Counted from the stretch's first letter, positions 27,170 to 38,181 are shown. The stretch: 64,000 nt of DNA from Armatimonadota bacterium (GCA_039679675.1 JBDKUN010000031.1:957-64956), one strand, 5' to 3'. Notes: generated by a model not told the origin, from the sequence alone. A program made the numbers and translations.

Positions 27170-27535
27170 TCAGCGGGTGCGGCGCTCTGTCTCCTGAATC
27201 ACGGCTCCGAATACATCACGGCCGAGTTTGAATCCGCTTGAGACTGTGCCCTTGAGCCCTACTTTTGCGCCTTCTCTGGGCACTCCGTTTTTGGTGATGA
27301 TCCATATCTTGCCGGTCCCGTCGTCGAGTTGGTATGCTCCGGCTTCCGTGATGAGAAGATCCACTCCGTAACACTTTGTCACTTCTCCGGCGACTATCAC
27401 CTTGTGGTCCACATATTTACCGGGGGCGTTCAGGATAGACGATATTTTGGTGCGGTCATTGTTCTTGCAGCCCGAAACCATAATAATCCCGAAGGCCAAT
27501 ATAACCGCGAGAACGACGAAAGCTGTTCTTTTCAT
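27170..27535 (-). CDS. Small lipoprotein with putative OB-fold (YgiW/BOF-like)
   Basis: 'MKRTAFVVLAVILAFGIIMVSGC' lipobox. The remainder resembles BOF-family beta-barrel proteins. Strong AGGAGG RBS. The track ORF was trimmed from 27862. Confidence 0.4.
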   Translation of the reverse strand: MKRTAFVVLAVILAFGIIMVSGCKNNDRTKISSILNAPGKYVDHKVIVAGEVTKCYGVDLLITEAGAYQLDDGTGKIWIITKNGVPREGAKVGLKGTVSSGFKLGRDVFGAVIQETERRTR

Positions 27536-27620
27536 TGTAACTACCTCCACTTTACATATAGACGCAGCAGAACGGAAACAGTTCCGGTTTGCTATTGCCT
27601 CATCCGGGTAATATGGGGCT

Positions 27621-29015
27621 ATGGACCGACTCAAACGCCGCGCGGTGGTTTCGCTCGCGTCATCATATCTATCACAACTTGGCACTACCGGGGCTGAATT
27701 CATCAGCAAGATCATTCTCGCGAGGTTGATCCTGCCGAGAGAGTGGGGGATTTTTGCTGAAGCGATGCTTGTGGTCCTCATTGCGGATGTATTCACCGAT
27801 CTTGGACTTTCCCAGCACCTCGCGCGGGAGAAAAAACGGCCTTTCGGGAATGTGCTGCTCATCAGAACAGGGCTTTCTTTGCTGGCTATCGGCCTGGTCG
27901 AGCTGTTCGCACCTTATCTAAAAGTTTTCACCCCGGCGCTCATTACTCCTGCGCGTGCGCTCGCTCCTTTGATCCTGATAAAAGCCGTGGGTACAGTCCC
28001 AACCGTCTATGTAGACCGGGAACTGATAGTCCACAGATCGCTCATCCCTCAGTTCGCCAGGCTTGGGCTGAATGCGGCTGTGAGCATATCCCTTGCCGCA
28101 TCCGGCTGGGGGGTGTGGGCGCTTGTTTTGGGCTCGCTCGCCGGTGAAACGGCTTATACGTTGCTCATGTGGGTATCCGTCCGAAAATTGCTCAAAGTCG
28201 AGTTTACTTTTGCTTGTACCAGAACGCTTATTGCGGGAAGCCGCTACTTATTTTTGATAGCCTTGATCGGGCTTCTCCTCCAGCAGGGGGATATTCTGGT
28301 CACCGGAACAATGCTCGACCCGAAAATAGTCGGGCTATACGCGATGGCGCTGATGCTCTGCCAGAGGGTATCGAAAATCGTCGAGACTGCGATCTACCGC
28401 GTCATCTACCCGTTGTTCTGCGAGGTCTCGTACGACACAGACAAACTCGGCCAGATATATAAATGCACCACCCTTGCCATCACTGCGATAGAGACACCAA
28501 TTTATCTCTTTTTACTGTTCCATTCAGGATTTTTCGTTTCCACTCTGTTTGGAGCCAAGTGGATGCCGATGGCGTTGATACTCCAGGCGCTTGCGATGTC
28601 CGGTGTCGTCAACCCATACTCGTCATTCGGTATTGAGGTACTCCGGGCGACAAAGCAGGACAGGATGCTCTTTCTCGCATCGATCTCCGGGGCGCTCACT
28701 CTGATTACAGCCGGGTTTATCCTGACCAGTCGGTTCGGCGCGATGGGGATGGTCGCAGCCAACTATCTGCCGGTCAGCGCGATTTTCGTCGTGATCTCTC
28801 TCTGGCGGATGATCAGAAATCATATAATCGACCTTACCCGAAAGCTCGCCGTTGTCTACATCGTCTCGTTTATCGTCTCCGGCGCGGCATTTTTTTTCAC
28901 AGGAAGTGGCATAACCATGCATTTAGCGGGAATTGCGGCTGTGCTTGTCCTCTGGGTGATTTTTTATAAGTTGTATGGTCTCACAGTCGGAAAGGAGACA
29001 CTGAAATCGCTGTGA
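27621..29015 (+). CDS. Polysaccharide biosynthesis protein / oligosaccharide flippase (Wzx, MOP superfamily)
   Basis: 464 aa with approximately 12-14 TM segments. First gene of a tightly overlapping plus-strand operon. Confidence 0.7.
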   Translation: MDRLKRRAVVSLASSYLSQLGTTGAEFISKIILARLILPREWGIFAEAMLVVLIADVFTDLGLSQHLAREKKRPFGNVLLIRTGLSLLAIGLVELFAPYLKVFTPALITPARALAPLILIKAVGTVPTVYVDRELIVHRSLIPQFARLGLNAAVSISLAASGWGVWALVLGSLAGETAYTLLMWVSVRKLLKVEFTFACTRTLIAGSRYLFLIALIGLLLQQGDILVTGTMLDPKIVGLYAMALMLCQRVSKIVETAIYRVIYPLFCEVSYDTDKLGQIYKCTTLAITAIETPIYLFLLFHSGFFVSTLFGAKWMPMALILQALAMSGVVNPYSSFGIEVLRATKQDRMLFLASISGALTLITAGFILTSRFGAMGMVAANYLPVSAIFVVISLWRMIRNHIIDLTRKLAVVYIVSFIVSGAAFFFTGSGITMHLAGIAAVLVLWVIFYKLYGLTVGKETLKSL

Positions 29016-29899
29016 TGACACCGAAGGTAGCCATAATTGTGCTCGCATGGAACGGCAGGGACGACACTCTCGAATGCCTGAAGTCCCTCGAAGACATCGA
29101 TTACCCGGACTTTCGTGTGATTCTGGTCGATAACGGCTCGACGGACGGCACAGCGGAGGCTGTGAGGTCTGCTTTTCCCGATGTGGAGGTCATAGAGACC
29201 GGACAGAACCTGGGTTTTGCCGGGGGAAACAACACCGGCATCCGCCATGCACTTGATTCCGGGGCAGATGCGGTGCTGCTGCTCAATAACGACACTGTAG
29301 TTGCCCCGGAGTTTCTCTCATCCCTGGTGCAAGTGCTGTATCGTTCGGATGATATAGCGGCAGTTAATCCGCTTATCTATTATTACGACCAGCCTGACGT
29401 CGTCTGGTCGGCAGGCGGTGAGATCGACAGGCGAACAGGTATAGCTTACCAGAGATATGTGGACATTAAGGATGCCGGGCAGTTTAAAGGTGTGACTGCT
29501 GTCGACTATGGAGTCGGCGCGGCGCTTCTCATATGCCGGGAAGCGCTTGAGAAGGTCGGGCTTCTGGACCCGGACTATTTTCTATACTACGAAGAGTCCG
29601 ACTGGTGCTTCCGCGCGAAAGATGCGGGCTACAAGACCATATTTACTCCCGAATCGAAGATCTGGCACAAGGTCTCGCGCGGGTTCGAAGGCAGAAGCGC
29701 CGCGCAGCTTTATTATTTCTGCCGGAACAGGCTGTATTTTCTCAAGAAACGAAGGATGAAGAACTCCAGGCTGCTCAGAATCGCTCTGGTTGATTTTGGC
29801 CGGATGGCAGCATCGATGGCCGTCCGAGGTCATGTGAAATCCAGCCACGCAGTTCTGAGGGGTGTAGTGGATTTCTATCTGGGGCGGATGGGAAAATGA
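29015..29899 (+). CDS. Glycosyltransferase family 2
   Basis: 'VLAWNGRDDTLECLKSLEDIDYPDFRVILVDNGSTDGT' and a DxD-type 'LLNNDTVV'. ATGA overlap with the flippase stop. Confidence 0.75.
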   Translation: MTPKVAIIVLAWNGRDDTLECLKSLEDIDYPDFRVILVDNGSTDGTAEAVRSAFPDVEVIETGQNLGFAGGNNTGIRHALDSGADAVLLLNNDTVVAPEFLSSLVQVLYRSDDIAAVNPLIYYYDQPDVVWSAGGEIDRRTGIAYQRYVDIKDAGQFKGVTAVDYGVGAALLICREALEKVGLLDPDYFLYYEESDWCFRAKDAGYKTIFTPESKIWHKVSRGFEGRSAAQLYYFCRNRLYFLKKRRMKNSRLLRIALVDFGRMAASMAVRGHVKSSHAVLRGVVDFYLGRMGK

Positions 29900-31104
29900 A
29901 GTTGCTTATCATATCCCAATGGTTTCCATGCCCGCCGGTAAACGGCGGGAGGCTGCGGGTGTATCATCTGCTCCGAGGGCTGGCGGAGCGGCATGATATA
30001 CACTTTCTATCGTTCACCCAGGACCAGTCGGACATGGAGCACGTCCACGAGCTTGGCGAGCTGTGCCGTGATGTTATCGTGGTCAAGGGAAGTGACTTCA
30101 AACCTACGGCTGGAAATGCCGTCCGTGCGCTTTTTTCCACGAGGCCGCGTTCCAGTATCGACTGTTGGAGCAGGACAATGGCTCGGATGGTGGAAGACCA
30201 GCTGAATACTCATTCGTTCGATGCTGCGATTGCATTTACGACCAGAGCGGGCGAATATTTGATGCATGCAAGTCTGCCCAAAATACTTGATAACGACAAT
30301 GTCGATACTGCCTATTTTGCGCGGCTTGTTGGGCAGGGCGGCAGTCCATTGGCTAAGTTTAGACGGAAGCTCACATGGGTAAAGGCTGCCGGGTACGAAC
30401 AAAGGTTGGCCGCCGCATTTGATGCCGTAACGGCGGTGTCCGAGGAAGACAGACAGGAGTTGGCAAAGCTCCTCACGCCCGAAAATAGCTGCCGGGCGCT
30501 TCATGTCGTGCCGAACGGCGTCGACCTGGGACTCATGGACTACAAGACTCCCGACTTTGACCCGAAACGCATTATCTCGACCGGCGCACTTACATATCAT
30601 GCCAATTACGATGCCGCAGTCTTTTTTTGCGAGCAAATTTTACCTGGAATCAAGAAGGCTATTTCTGACGCTCGGTTTGTCATAACAGGCGGACATAAAG
30701 AAATAGATATATCGCCGTTTACCGCTGCCGGTGTTACACTCACCGGGTTTCTGGATGATATCCGCCCCATGGTGGCGGGGAGCGCCGTGCTTGTTGTTCC
30801 GCTCAGAATAGGCGGCGGGACCAGGTTGAAGATTTTGGAAGCGATGGCGCTCGGAACGCCGGTAGTAGCGACCACGCTCGGAGCGGCGGGGATCGGGGTA
30901 AGACATAGGGAGACTGCGCTCATTGCGGACGACCCCGATGAGTTTGCGGATTGCGTGGTACAGCTTATGAAAGACCCGGAATTAAGAGGGGAACTTGCGA
31001 AAAATGCCCGTGAACACGTGGCAGCTGAGTTCGGCTGGGAGAGATCGATAGAAGCGATGGAATACGCGCTGAAATCCATAACGGGGCAGGGGAGAAGAAT
31101 ATGA
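29896..31104 (+). CDS. Glycosyltransferase family 4 (GT-B, group 1)
   Basis: C-terminal 'VVPLRIGGGTRLKILEAMALGTPVVAT' is the EX7E-type GT4 motif. Confidence 0.75.
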   Translation: MKLLIISQWFPCPPVNGGRLRVYHLLRGLAERHDIHFLSFTQDQSDMEHVHELGELCRDVIVVKGSDFKPTAGNAVRALFSTRPRSSIDCWSRTMARMVEDQLNTHSFDAAIAFTTRAGEYLMHASLPKILDNDNVDTAYFARLVGQGGSPLAKFRRKLTWVKAAGYEQRLAAAFDAVTAVSEEDRQELAKLLTPENSCRALHVVPNGVDLGLMDYKTPDFDPKRIISTGALTYHANYDAAVFFCEQILPGIKKAISDARFVITGGHKEIDISPFTAAGVTLTGFLDDIRPMVAGSAVLVVPLRIGGGTRLKILEAMALGTPVVATTLGAAGIGVRHRETALIADDPDEFADCVVQLMKDPELRGELAKNAREHVAAEFGWERSIEAMEYALKSITGQGRRI

Positions 31105-32525
31105 TCGGACGTCTTTCCGGCGCAATCGACAGGAGGGAAGCAGCGAAAAAGGCCGTAGGAGCAGTCTTTACAGTGGGAGGGATACTGCTTATAGGCTATA
31201 TCCTGTCTTCGATGATAATCAAACTGGACGTCTACTTCGTAATAGTCGTCGGAATCATTGTGCTTGTATCCATCATACTCTCGCGGTGGTTTGCACTGGG
31301 TATCGTTTTGTTTGCGCTGATCGCGCCGTTCAATACAGGCAACTCTCCCGCGGTGCTCGGAGCTGAAGCGAGTTACAGGGCCGGTGTTATGCCGAGCCAG
31401 CTCGGTCTGGTTTTTCTGTGTGCGTTCTGGGGGATTACAAGGTTCTTCGGGAGCGGGATCAAACTTGCCAAATCGAGGTTGAACCTGCCTGCCGCGGTAT
31501 TTTTGGGTGTAGCGGTGGCGTCCATGATCTCAAGCTATTTCATCTGGGACGATGGGGTGCATCGGTACGACAAACAGCTTCTTTACCAGGTGTCGGAAAT
31601 CGGGATATGGGCATTATGTGTGGCTGCATTCTTCCTCGCTGCAAGCTCCATGAAGGACAAACGGTGGATCGGGGCGCTCTACTGGCCGGTTGCAATAATC
31701 GGAATATATGCAACATTTTTCCAGGTAACGGGGCTGGAATGGCCGTGGAGTATCACCAGAAGTACATTTATTACGGCGTTCGCGGCGATACTGACTACCG
31801 CACGAGTGCTTTTCGGAAAAGAGTCCGCCGGAGGGAAGATCGGGCTTGCGGTGCTTCTTGGGATATTCCTTCTGGGGTCGTTTTGGTCTAGAAGCTGGGT
31901 TTCCGGCTGGCTCACAGCGTCACTCGGCATAACGATGGTTGTCCTGTTTTACTCAAGGAAGATGTTTGCTGTGACGGCCGTCATTCTGCTGCTCGCAATA
32001 GCTGTTCAACCGGCTGCTATGAACACGGTTTACAGCGAGTCGCGGAGTGAAGGTGATATGGACAGATTCGATCTTTGGGCTGATGCCGCGAAGATGGCTT
32101 CCTCCGTAAACCCCATCCTCGGAATAGGCCCGGCGGACTACTTTGCCTACTCCAAAAAGTACGGCAGCGTGTGGTACGGCAATACTACCTACACCACCGC
32201 GCACAGTGATTATGCACAGATGATAGCCGAACTCGGCCTTTTCGGAATTGCAGCGTTCATCTGGCTGGTGGTTGCGGGAATAAGAACAGGGATCGACACG
32301 GTCAGAAAGGGGCCGAAAGAGCTTAAATGGCTCACCGTCAGCGCGACGGCGATATTTGCGGCAATTGCCATAACGAGCCTGGTGGGTGATTATCTCCTTC
32401 CCAGCAGGGTAAACGGTGGGATATGGTCGTTCAGCTCATCGGTCTTTCCGTGGCTCCTTCTCGGCGCGGCTGTAGCGGCGGCCCAGCCGGGAGAAGAGGA
32501 CTATGGTGAGGAGGCGGAGGTCTGA
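31101..32525 (+). CDS. O-antigen ligase / Wzy-type polymerase family membrane protein
   Basis: Polytopic protein with a periplasmic loop 'TTYTTAHSDYAQMIAELGLFGIAAFIWL' typical of Wzy_C. Confidence 0.6.
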   Translation: MIGRLSGAIDRREAAKKAVGAVFTVGGILLIGYILSSMIIKLDVYFVIVVGIIVLVSIILSRWFALGIVLFALIAPFNTGNSPAVLGAEASYRAGVMPSQLGLVFLCAFWGITRFFGSGIKLAKSRLNLPAAVFLGVAVASMISSYFIWDDGVHRYDKQLLYQVSEIGIWALCVAAFFLAASSMKDKRWIGALYWPVAIIGIYATFFQVTGLEWPWSITRSTFITAFAAILTTARVLFGKESAGGKIGLAVLLGIFLLGSFWSRSWVSGWLTASLGITMVVLFYSRKMFAVTAVILLLAIAVQPAAMNTVYSESRSEGDMDRFDLWADAAKMASSVNPILGIGPADYFAYSKKYGSVWYGNTTYTTAHSDYAQMIAELGLFGIAAFIWLVVAGIRTGIDTVRKGPKELKWLTVSATAIFAAIAITSLVGDYLLPSRVNGGIWSFSSSVFPWLLLGAAVAAAQPGEEDYGEEAEV

Positions 32526-33451
32526 TGCAGCTTTCCATCGCTATCGTGAGCTGGAATACGAAGGGACTCCTGCGGCAGTGCCTGTCATCGGTGTTTAAAA
32601 ACCTTGACGGGCTCACTGCCGAGGTGATAGTGGTCGATAACGGCTCTTCAGACGATAGCGCAGGCATGGTCCGAAGTGAATTTCCTCAGGTGAGGCTGAT
32701 CGAAGCTGGTGAGAACCTGGGGTTCACCCGTGCGAACAACCTGGCCTACAAAGAATCGGGCGGGGACTGCTTTTTGCTCCTGAACAGCGATACGGTCGTC
32801 CTGCCGGGGGCGCTTTCGCTCCTCGTGCGGTTCATGGAGTCGAACCCGGCGGCAGGTGCGGTCGGAAGTAAGCTCCTGAACGGCGACGGCACGCTTCAGC
32901 GCTCCTGCAGCCCGTTCCCGACTCCGCTTCAGGAGTTGTTCGATGCGCTTTACCTGAGCAAACTGTTTCCTGAAAACAGTTTGACCGGCAGTTTCGCCAT
33001 GTCCTACTGGGACTTCAACAGTGTGAGAGAAGTGGACTTTGCCGGTGGAAGCTGTCTCCTCCTCAGGAGAGCTGCGATTGAGGAGATCGGGCTTCTGGAC
33101 GAAGGGTTCTTTATGTACAGTGAGGAAACTGACCTCTGCTACAGGCTGAAGGAAGCCGGATGGAAGGTATTTTTCTATCCCGATGCCGAGATCATCCATT
33201 ACGGAGGGCAAAGCTCGAAACTTGACATAAACCGGACTTCAGTCGAGCTCTGTCGCAGCAAACACAGGTTTATGAGAAAGCATTATGGGCTTTTGTCAGC
33301 TGCTACCTACAGAGTGGTTGCCGCACTCTCATCGATCGTCCGGCTTGCCGCCTGGAGCCCCCGGGCAGTCATTGGCCGGAATAGAAATACCTACAAAGAC
33401 AAACTCTCCGTCCAAGGGAGAATATTTATATGGGCGGTGGGCGCAAGATGA
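32525..33451 (+). CDS. Glycosyltransferase family 2
   Basis: 'AIVSWNTKGLLRQCLSSV' and 'VIVVDNGSSDDS'. Confidence 0.75.
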   Translation: MQLSIAIVSWNTKGLLRQCLSSVFKNLDGLTAEVIVVDNGSSDDSAGMVRSEFPQVRLIEAGENLGFTRANNLAYKESGGDCFLLLNSDTVVLPGALSLLVRFMESNPAAGAVGSKLLNGDGTLQRSCSPFPTPLQELFDALYLSKLFPENSLTGSFAMSYWDFNSVREVDFAGGSCLLLRRAAIEEIGLLDEGFFMYSEETDLCYRLKEAGWKVFFYPDAEIIHYGGQSSKLDINRTSVELCRSKHRFMRKHYGLLSAATYRVVAALSSIVRLAAWSPRAVIGRNRNTYKDKLSVQGRIFIWAVGAR

Positions 33452-34605
33452 AGATAGGGATCGACACAAGATATTTGTCCCATCCACAGGACGGCGGGTT
33501 CAAGACATATACTCAGAATATTGTCCATGGTCTTGCCGAACTGGACCATGAAAACGAGTACATACTGTATACTGACAGGCCGGGAGTCGAGTCTCACGAT
33601 AACTTCAGGGTGAAGATAGTGAGCGGTCCTGCGCCGGTCAGAGAACAGGTGCTTCTGCCGCTTGCAATGGCCCGTGATAAAGTGGATATCGCCCATTTTC
33701 CATGCAATACGGGGCCGTTTGTGCCGTACTGTCCTATGGTGCTCACAATCCACGACCTCATTCCGCTGCTGCAGAGGGAGAAAGACCGGCGCATGCCGCG
33801 TAAAATGAGGATGTTCAACAGCTACTGGCGGAAGGTCATGCCCAGGGCGGCACGCCGTGCGAGCCGGATAATCACCATATCCGAAGCATCGAAATCGGAC
33901 ATACAGCGGATGCTGAACATCCCTGAAGAGAAGATAAGTGTAGTCCCGACGGGGCTCAACCCGGACTTCCATCCAATTACAGACTCCGCGCTGCTTGAAA
34001 GAGTGCGGGAGACTCATGGTCTGCCGGAGAGGTTCATCCTTGGGCTGGTCTCATCCGATCCACGGAAAAACTGCCTGGGGATCGTGGGGGCTGCGGGCCT
34101 CGCATCGAGTGAGCTGGATAGAATAGGGATAGTCCTGATATGCGCTTCCCCGGAGGCCAGAGCTATGGCGGTTGACATCGCCTGCCGCCACCAGTCCCAT
34201 CTGCCCAGGATGGTATTGCTCGACCCTGTCTCAAGACAGGATCTGACCGCCATTTATACTCTCGCTGATGTGCTTGTCTTTCCATCGTTCTACGAAGGGT
34301 TTGGGCTGCCGGTAATCGAAGCTATGGCCTGCGGAACGCCCGTCGTCACATCCAATGTAAGCTCGATGCCGGAAGTGGCAGGGGATGCCGCGGTATTGGT
34401 CGATCCCAACGACACTGAAGCCATTTCGCGCGGGCTTTTGGAATTGCTCAATGATAAGAAGCTCAGGGAGAAAATGATCCGGCGTGGAAGGGAAAGAGCC
34501 GCTGAGTTCAGCTGGAAGAGGACCGCGAATGAGACTGTCGCGGTCTATGAGTCGCTGATCAGCCTGCCGGGTGCGAAGACAATGGCGGGAGGGATGACAG
34601 GATGA
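33448..34605 (+). CDS. Glycosyltransferase family 4
   Basis: 'VFPSFYEGFGLPVIEAMACGTPVVTSN'. The start at the ATGA overlap (33448) is preferred over the track's 33430. Confidence 0.7.
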   Translation: MKIGIDTRYLSHPQDGGFKTYTQNIVHGLAELDHENEYILYTDRPGVESHDNFRVKIVSGPAPVREQVLLPLAMARDKVDIAHFPCNTGPFVPYCPMVLTIHDLIPLLQREKDRRMPRKMRMFNSYWRKVMPRAARRASRIITISEASKSDIQRMLNIPEEKISVVPTGLNPDFHPITDSALLERVRETHGLPERFILGLVSSDPRKNCLGIVGAAGLASSELDRIGIVLICASPEARAMAVDIACRHQSHLPRMVLLDPVSRQDLTAIYTLADVLVFPSFYEGFGLPVIEAMACGTPVVTSNVSSMPEVAGDAAVLVDPNDTEAISRGLLELLNDKKLREKMIRRGRERAAEFSWKRTANETVAVYESLISLPGAKTMAGGMTG

Positions 34606-35867
34606 AGATACTTTTTCTGACTCAATTATTTCCTTACCCGCCTATCTGCGGAGGGACGATAAGAAGCTGCAATATACTGCGCCACCTGGGTGAGAAGCAC
34701 GAGGTAGTGCTGGTCTCGTTCGTAAGAGAAGACCCGACGGCTGAACAGATGGGGGTGGCGGCTTCGTTCTGCAGTGAAGTCCATACAGTGCCGATCCGAA
34801 GGTCTGCTGCCGCCAATATGAAGTTTGCTGCGAAGAGCCTGTTCAGCCGTAAACCGTTCATAATAGCGCGCGACCAGGTTGTGGGGATGCAGCATGCCAT
34901 AGATGGCCTGCTGGAGCCGGGAGGGTTCGACATGGTCTATGTCGATCATCTTCAGATGGCACAGTATATGGACAGATGGGACCATATCCCCTGGGTCCTG
35001 GACGAGCATAATGTCGAGTGGAAGATCATCGAGCGGATGGCTCAGAGCGAAAGGTTCTCGGGAAAGGGGCTCTATGCATCCATCGAGTGGAAGAAACTTA
35101 AAGAATGGGAGCTTTCGGCTTGCGAGAAAGCCGGTCTGGTGCTCACTGTGACGGAGACTGATAAGGCAACGCTGCTCAGAGAGTGCCGGGATTTGGGAAA
35201 TGTAACATGTATCCCCATCGGGGTGGATTTTGACAGTTTTCCCAAAGCCGGTCTATCCCCGAATGCCAGGAATATCCTGAGCATCGGCACGATGTCCTGG
35301 CCTCCGAATATCGACTCGATCCTTTACTTTGCAGACGAAATATACCCGGAAATAAAATCACGCTCGGACGGCGTAAAGCTTGTAATCGCAGGCAGTAAAC
35401 CTGCGGGCAGCATCAGAAAGCTGCCGAGCATGGACAGCTCTATCGAGGTGACAGGGTTTGTGCAGGACCTGTCGGCTCTGATGTCTGAAGCTGCGGTATT
35501 CATCGTTCCATTGAGGTCCGGCAGCGGACTGAGAGTCAAAATATTGAACGCAATGGCTATGGGGCTGCCGGTCGTCAGCACATCTGTCGGCTGCGAGGGG
35601 ATCGGGGCGGAGAATGGCCGCCATCTGTTGATAGCCGATACACCGCAGGCGTTCGCGGACTCCGTTCTCAGGCTTCTTTCGGACTTCGAACTGCGAAAAC
35701 AGCTTGCAGAAGTGGGAAGAGAGTTCGTGCTGTCAAACTATGGTTGGGATTCCATCCTGGCAAGACTGGACAAAGCGCTCGATGCGCTGGTTCTGGAAAA
35801 ACATAACTACAGCCTGTTTATACGGAGGAAAAACGCGCCGCCGCCAATTCGGATGAAAAACCGGTAA
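34602..35867 (+). CDS. Glycosyltransferase family 4
   Basis: 'IVPLRSGSGLRVKILNAMAMGLPVVST'. Confidence 0.7.
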   Translation: MKILFLTQLFPYPPICGGTIRSCNILRHLGEKHEVVLVSFVREDPTAEQMGVAASFCSEVHTVPIRRSAAANMKFAAKSLFSRKPFIIARDQVVGMQHAIDGLLEPGGFDMVYVDHLQMAQYMDRWDHIPWVLDEHNVEWKIIERMAQSERFSGKGLYASIEWKKLKEWELSACEKAGLVLTVTETDKATLLRECRDLGNVTCIPIGVDFDSFPKAGLSPNARNILSIGTMSWPPNIDSILYFADEIYPEIKSRSDGVKLVIAGSKPAGSIRKLPSMDSSIEVTGFVQDLSALMSEAAVFIVPLRSGSGLRVKILNAMAMGLPVVSTSVGCEGIGAENGRHLLIADTPQAFADSVLRLLSDFELRKQLAEVGREFVLSNYGWDSILARLDKALDALVLEKHNYSLFIRRKNAPPPIRMKNR

Positions 35868-36062
35868 TGTTGCATTATAGTGCTAAATGAGGATTGCGCG
35901 GGGCGGGAGTTGGGAAAAAATGAAGAGTAACTCATTAATAAACATCAGGCGGTTTTGTAGCTGAAAATCTGTAGGTAGAACGATCCGGTGCGATGTGGGG
36001 GGTAAGAGCATAACTGCTCATTGGGACGCACCCAATATTCATTATGAAAGTGTGGTTGCGCC

Positions 36063-37415
36063 ATGCGAGTGCTCTATATTACTCCTTATGTACCCTCACG
36101 CATCCGTGTGAGACCCTATAATTTGATAAAGAACCTTGGCAGGCATCATGAGGTTACACTGGTATCGCTTATGCAGTCGGAGCACGACCGGCGGGCGCTC
36201 GATGAGATGTCCGGCATCTGCAATGTAAAGCCTGTCAGAATGAGCAAGTTCCAGTCGATTGCAAGCTGCGGGAGACGGCTGTTTACCAATATGCCGCTTC
36301 AAGCCGCCTATACTTATCTCCCCAACCTGACGCATGCCGTAGACGACCTCATAATCCGGCAGCCGTTTGATGTCGTTCATGTCGAGCATGTCCGTGGAGC
36401 GCACTTTGCGTCCCACATAGGCTCTCTCCCGAAGGTCTATGACTCGGTAGACTGCATTACTCTGCTGCTGAAACAGTTTCTGAAGACAAAGAAGAACCCG
36501 ATCTCCTGGTTTATGGCGCTGGAAGAGTGGGCCAAGATGCGGGTCTATGAGGCTATGATCTCGGAGCGGTTCGAGAAAGTCGTGATAACATCCCAGGGTG
36601 ACCGGCAGGCGTTGGAAGGGCTGCTCTGGGAGAGGATACGTAAGCGGCTCAAGATTCGGGAGATGCCTGTCCAGTCTGTAGAAACACAGAAGGAGTTGGT
36701 GGAGTGGAGGACAACCCGCGAACTCATCGAGCTATCTCAGGACCAACGTCTGGAGGCGCTTATGCCACAGGGGGGCCGCATCTCGGTGCTGCCGAACGGT
36801 GTAGACCATCAGTATTTTCATCCGGTGGATGCGCTTGAAGACCCGGAAACGATAATATTTTCGGGCAAGATGAGCTATTACGCGAATGTTGTCGCGGTGA
36901 AGTACTTCTATGATAAAATTTATCCCTTCGTAAAGGCGGCAAGGCCCAGTGTAAAATTCCTGGTCGTTGGCGCCGATCCTCCATCGAGCATACAGAAGCT
37001 GGCGGAAGATCCTTCCGTTACAGTGACAGGCTATGTGGATGACATCCGGCCGTACATTGCTCGCGCTGCCGCATCTGTATGTCCGATCACGGTTGGGGTT
37101 GGCATCCAGAACAAGGTTTTGGAAGCAATGTCGATGGGCAAACCAGTTGTGGCAACATCGAGAGCCTGCTCGGCGATTTCCGGCCGGGACGGTGAACATT
37201 TCCTGACTGCAGACCAGCCTGAAGAATTCGCTTCAAAAATAGTCGAACTGCTTGCCTTCCCGGAGAGACGGCACAGGATAGGCTCGAACGCATCTGCTTA
37301 TGTGAGGGAAAACCATGATTGGGGGAAGATAGCTGAGCGCCTGGTGGATATTTACCAGGAAGCGTCTGATGTTTTTGGTAGTAGAAAGACAAATTCGGCA
37401 AATATGCAGATATAA
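36063..37415 (+). CDS. Glycosyltransferase family 4 (longer N-terminal domain)
   Basis: 'CPITVGVGIQNKVLEAMSMGKPVVAT'. Confidence 0.65.
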   Translation: MRVLYITPYVPSRIRVRPYNLIKNLGRHHEVTLVSLMQSEHDRRALDEMSGICNVKPVRMSKFQSIASCGRRLFTNMPLQAAYTYLPNLTHAVDDLIIRQPFDVVHVEHVRGAHFASHIGSLPKVYDSVDCITLLLKQFLKTKKNPISWFMALEEWAKMRVYEAMISERFEKVVITSQGDRQALEGLLWERIRKRLKIREMPVQSVETQKELVEWRTTRELIELSQDQRLEALMPQGGRISVLPNGVDHQYFHPVDALEDPETIIFSGKMSYYANVVAVKYFYDKIYPFVKAARPSVKFLVVGADPPSSIQKLAEDPSVTVTGYVDDIRPYIARAAASVCPITVGVGIQNKVLEAMSMGKPVVATSRACSAISGRDGEHFLTADQPEEFASKIVELLAFPERRHRIGSNASAYVRENHDWGKIAERLVDIYQEASDVFGSRKTNSANMQI

Positions 37416-37441
37416 AATAAAAATAGCAAAGGAGTGTCTGA

Positions 37442-38110
37442 ATGGGAAGCATCAATGGGTTTGCAAAACCCGGCGATATGATACATACCGATATTATGCG
37501 GATGCACAGGCTGTACATAATGGAAAAACGGGCGCTGGACATAGCAATATCCCTCCCGCTCGTAGTTATTTTGCTTCCATTTCTGCCGCTAATTGCGCTG
37601 GCTGTGAAATTGGATTCCCGTGGCCCGGTGTTTCACAAGCGCAAGGTTGTGGGACGCGGAAAACGCGCGTTCAATGCATTCAAACTGCGTACAATGCTGG
37701 ACGGTATCGATCTGCTGGAATATGCGAGCGAAGAAGAGCGTAAAGAGCTCGAAGATAACCACAAGCTTCGCTCCGACAGAAGAGTTACCCGCGTAGGGAA
37801 GGTCCTCCGCAAGACAAGTATCGATGAGCTTCCTCAACTGATGAATGTGCTCCTCGGACAGATGTCTCTGGTGGGGCCGAGGATGATCAGTTTCGAGGAA
37901 ATCGAGAAGTTCGGGATCTACCAGGACAAAATCCTCTCTGTTAAGCCGGGGATTACGGGGTTGTGGCAGGTAAGCGGGCGCAATAAACTATCATACGAAG
38001 ACCGCGTGCGGCTGAATGTATACTATGTAGACCACCGCTCGATCAAACTCGACCTGCTGATCCTGATAAAGACCATACCGGCTGTTGTAACCGGAAACGG
38101 GGCATATTAG
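37442..38110 (+). CDS. Polyprenyl-phosphate sugar phosphotransferase (bacterial sugar transferase, WbaP/CpsE C-terminal type)
   Basis: 'KRALDIAISLPLVVILLP', 'MSLVGPRMISFEE' and 'PGITGLWQVSGRN'. AAAGGAG RBS. Confidence 0.75.
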   Translation: MGSINGFAKPGDMIHTDIMRMHRLYIMEKRALDIAISLPLVVILLPFLPLIALAVKLDSRGPVFHKRKVVGRGKRAFNAFKLRTMLDGIDLLEYASEEERKELEDNHKLRSDRRVTRVGKVLRKTSIDELPQLMNVLLGQMSLVGPRMISFEEIEKFGIYQDKILSVKPGITGLWQVSGRNKLSYEDRVRLNVYYVDHRSIKLDLLILIKTIPAVVTGNGAY

Positions 38111-38124
38111 CCTTCAAAAGCGCG

Positions 38125-38151
38125 AAAGCAGGAGCTGCTGGCTCCTGCTTT
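38125..38151. terminator. Bidirectional hairpin 'aaagcaggagc-tgctg-gctcctgcttt'
   Basis: Perfect 11-bp stem between convergent genes. Confidence 0.55.
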
Positions 38152-38181
38152 CGTGAAAACCCCTTCTTTTAGAATGCGTTC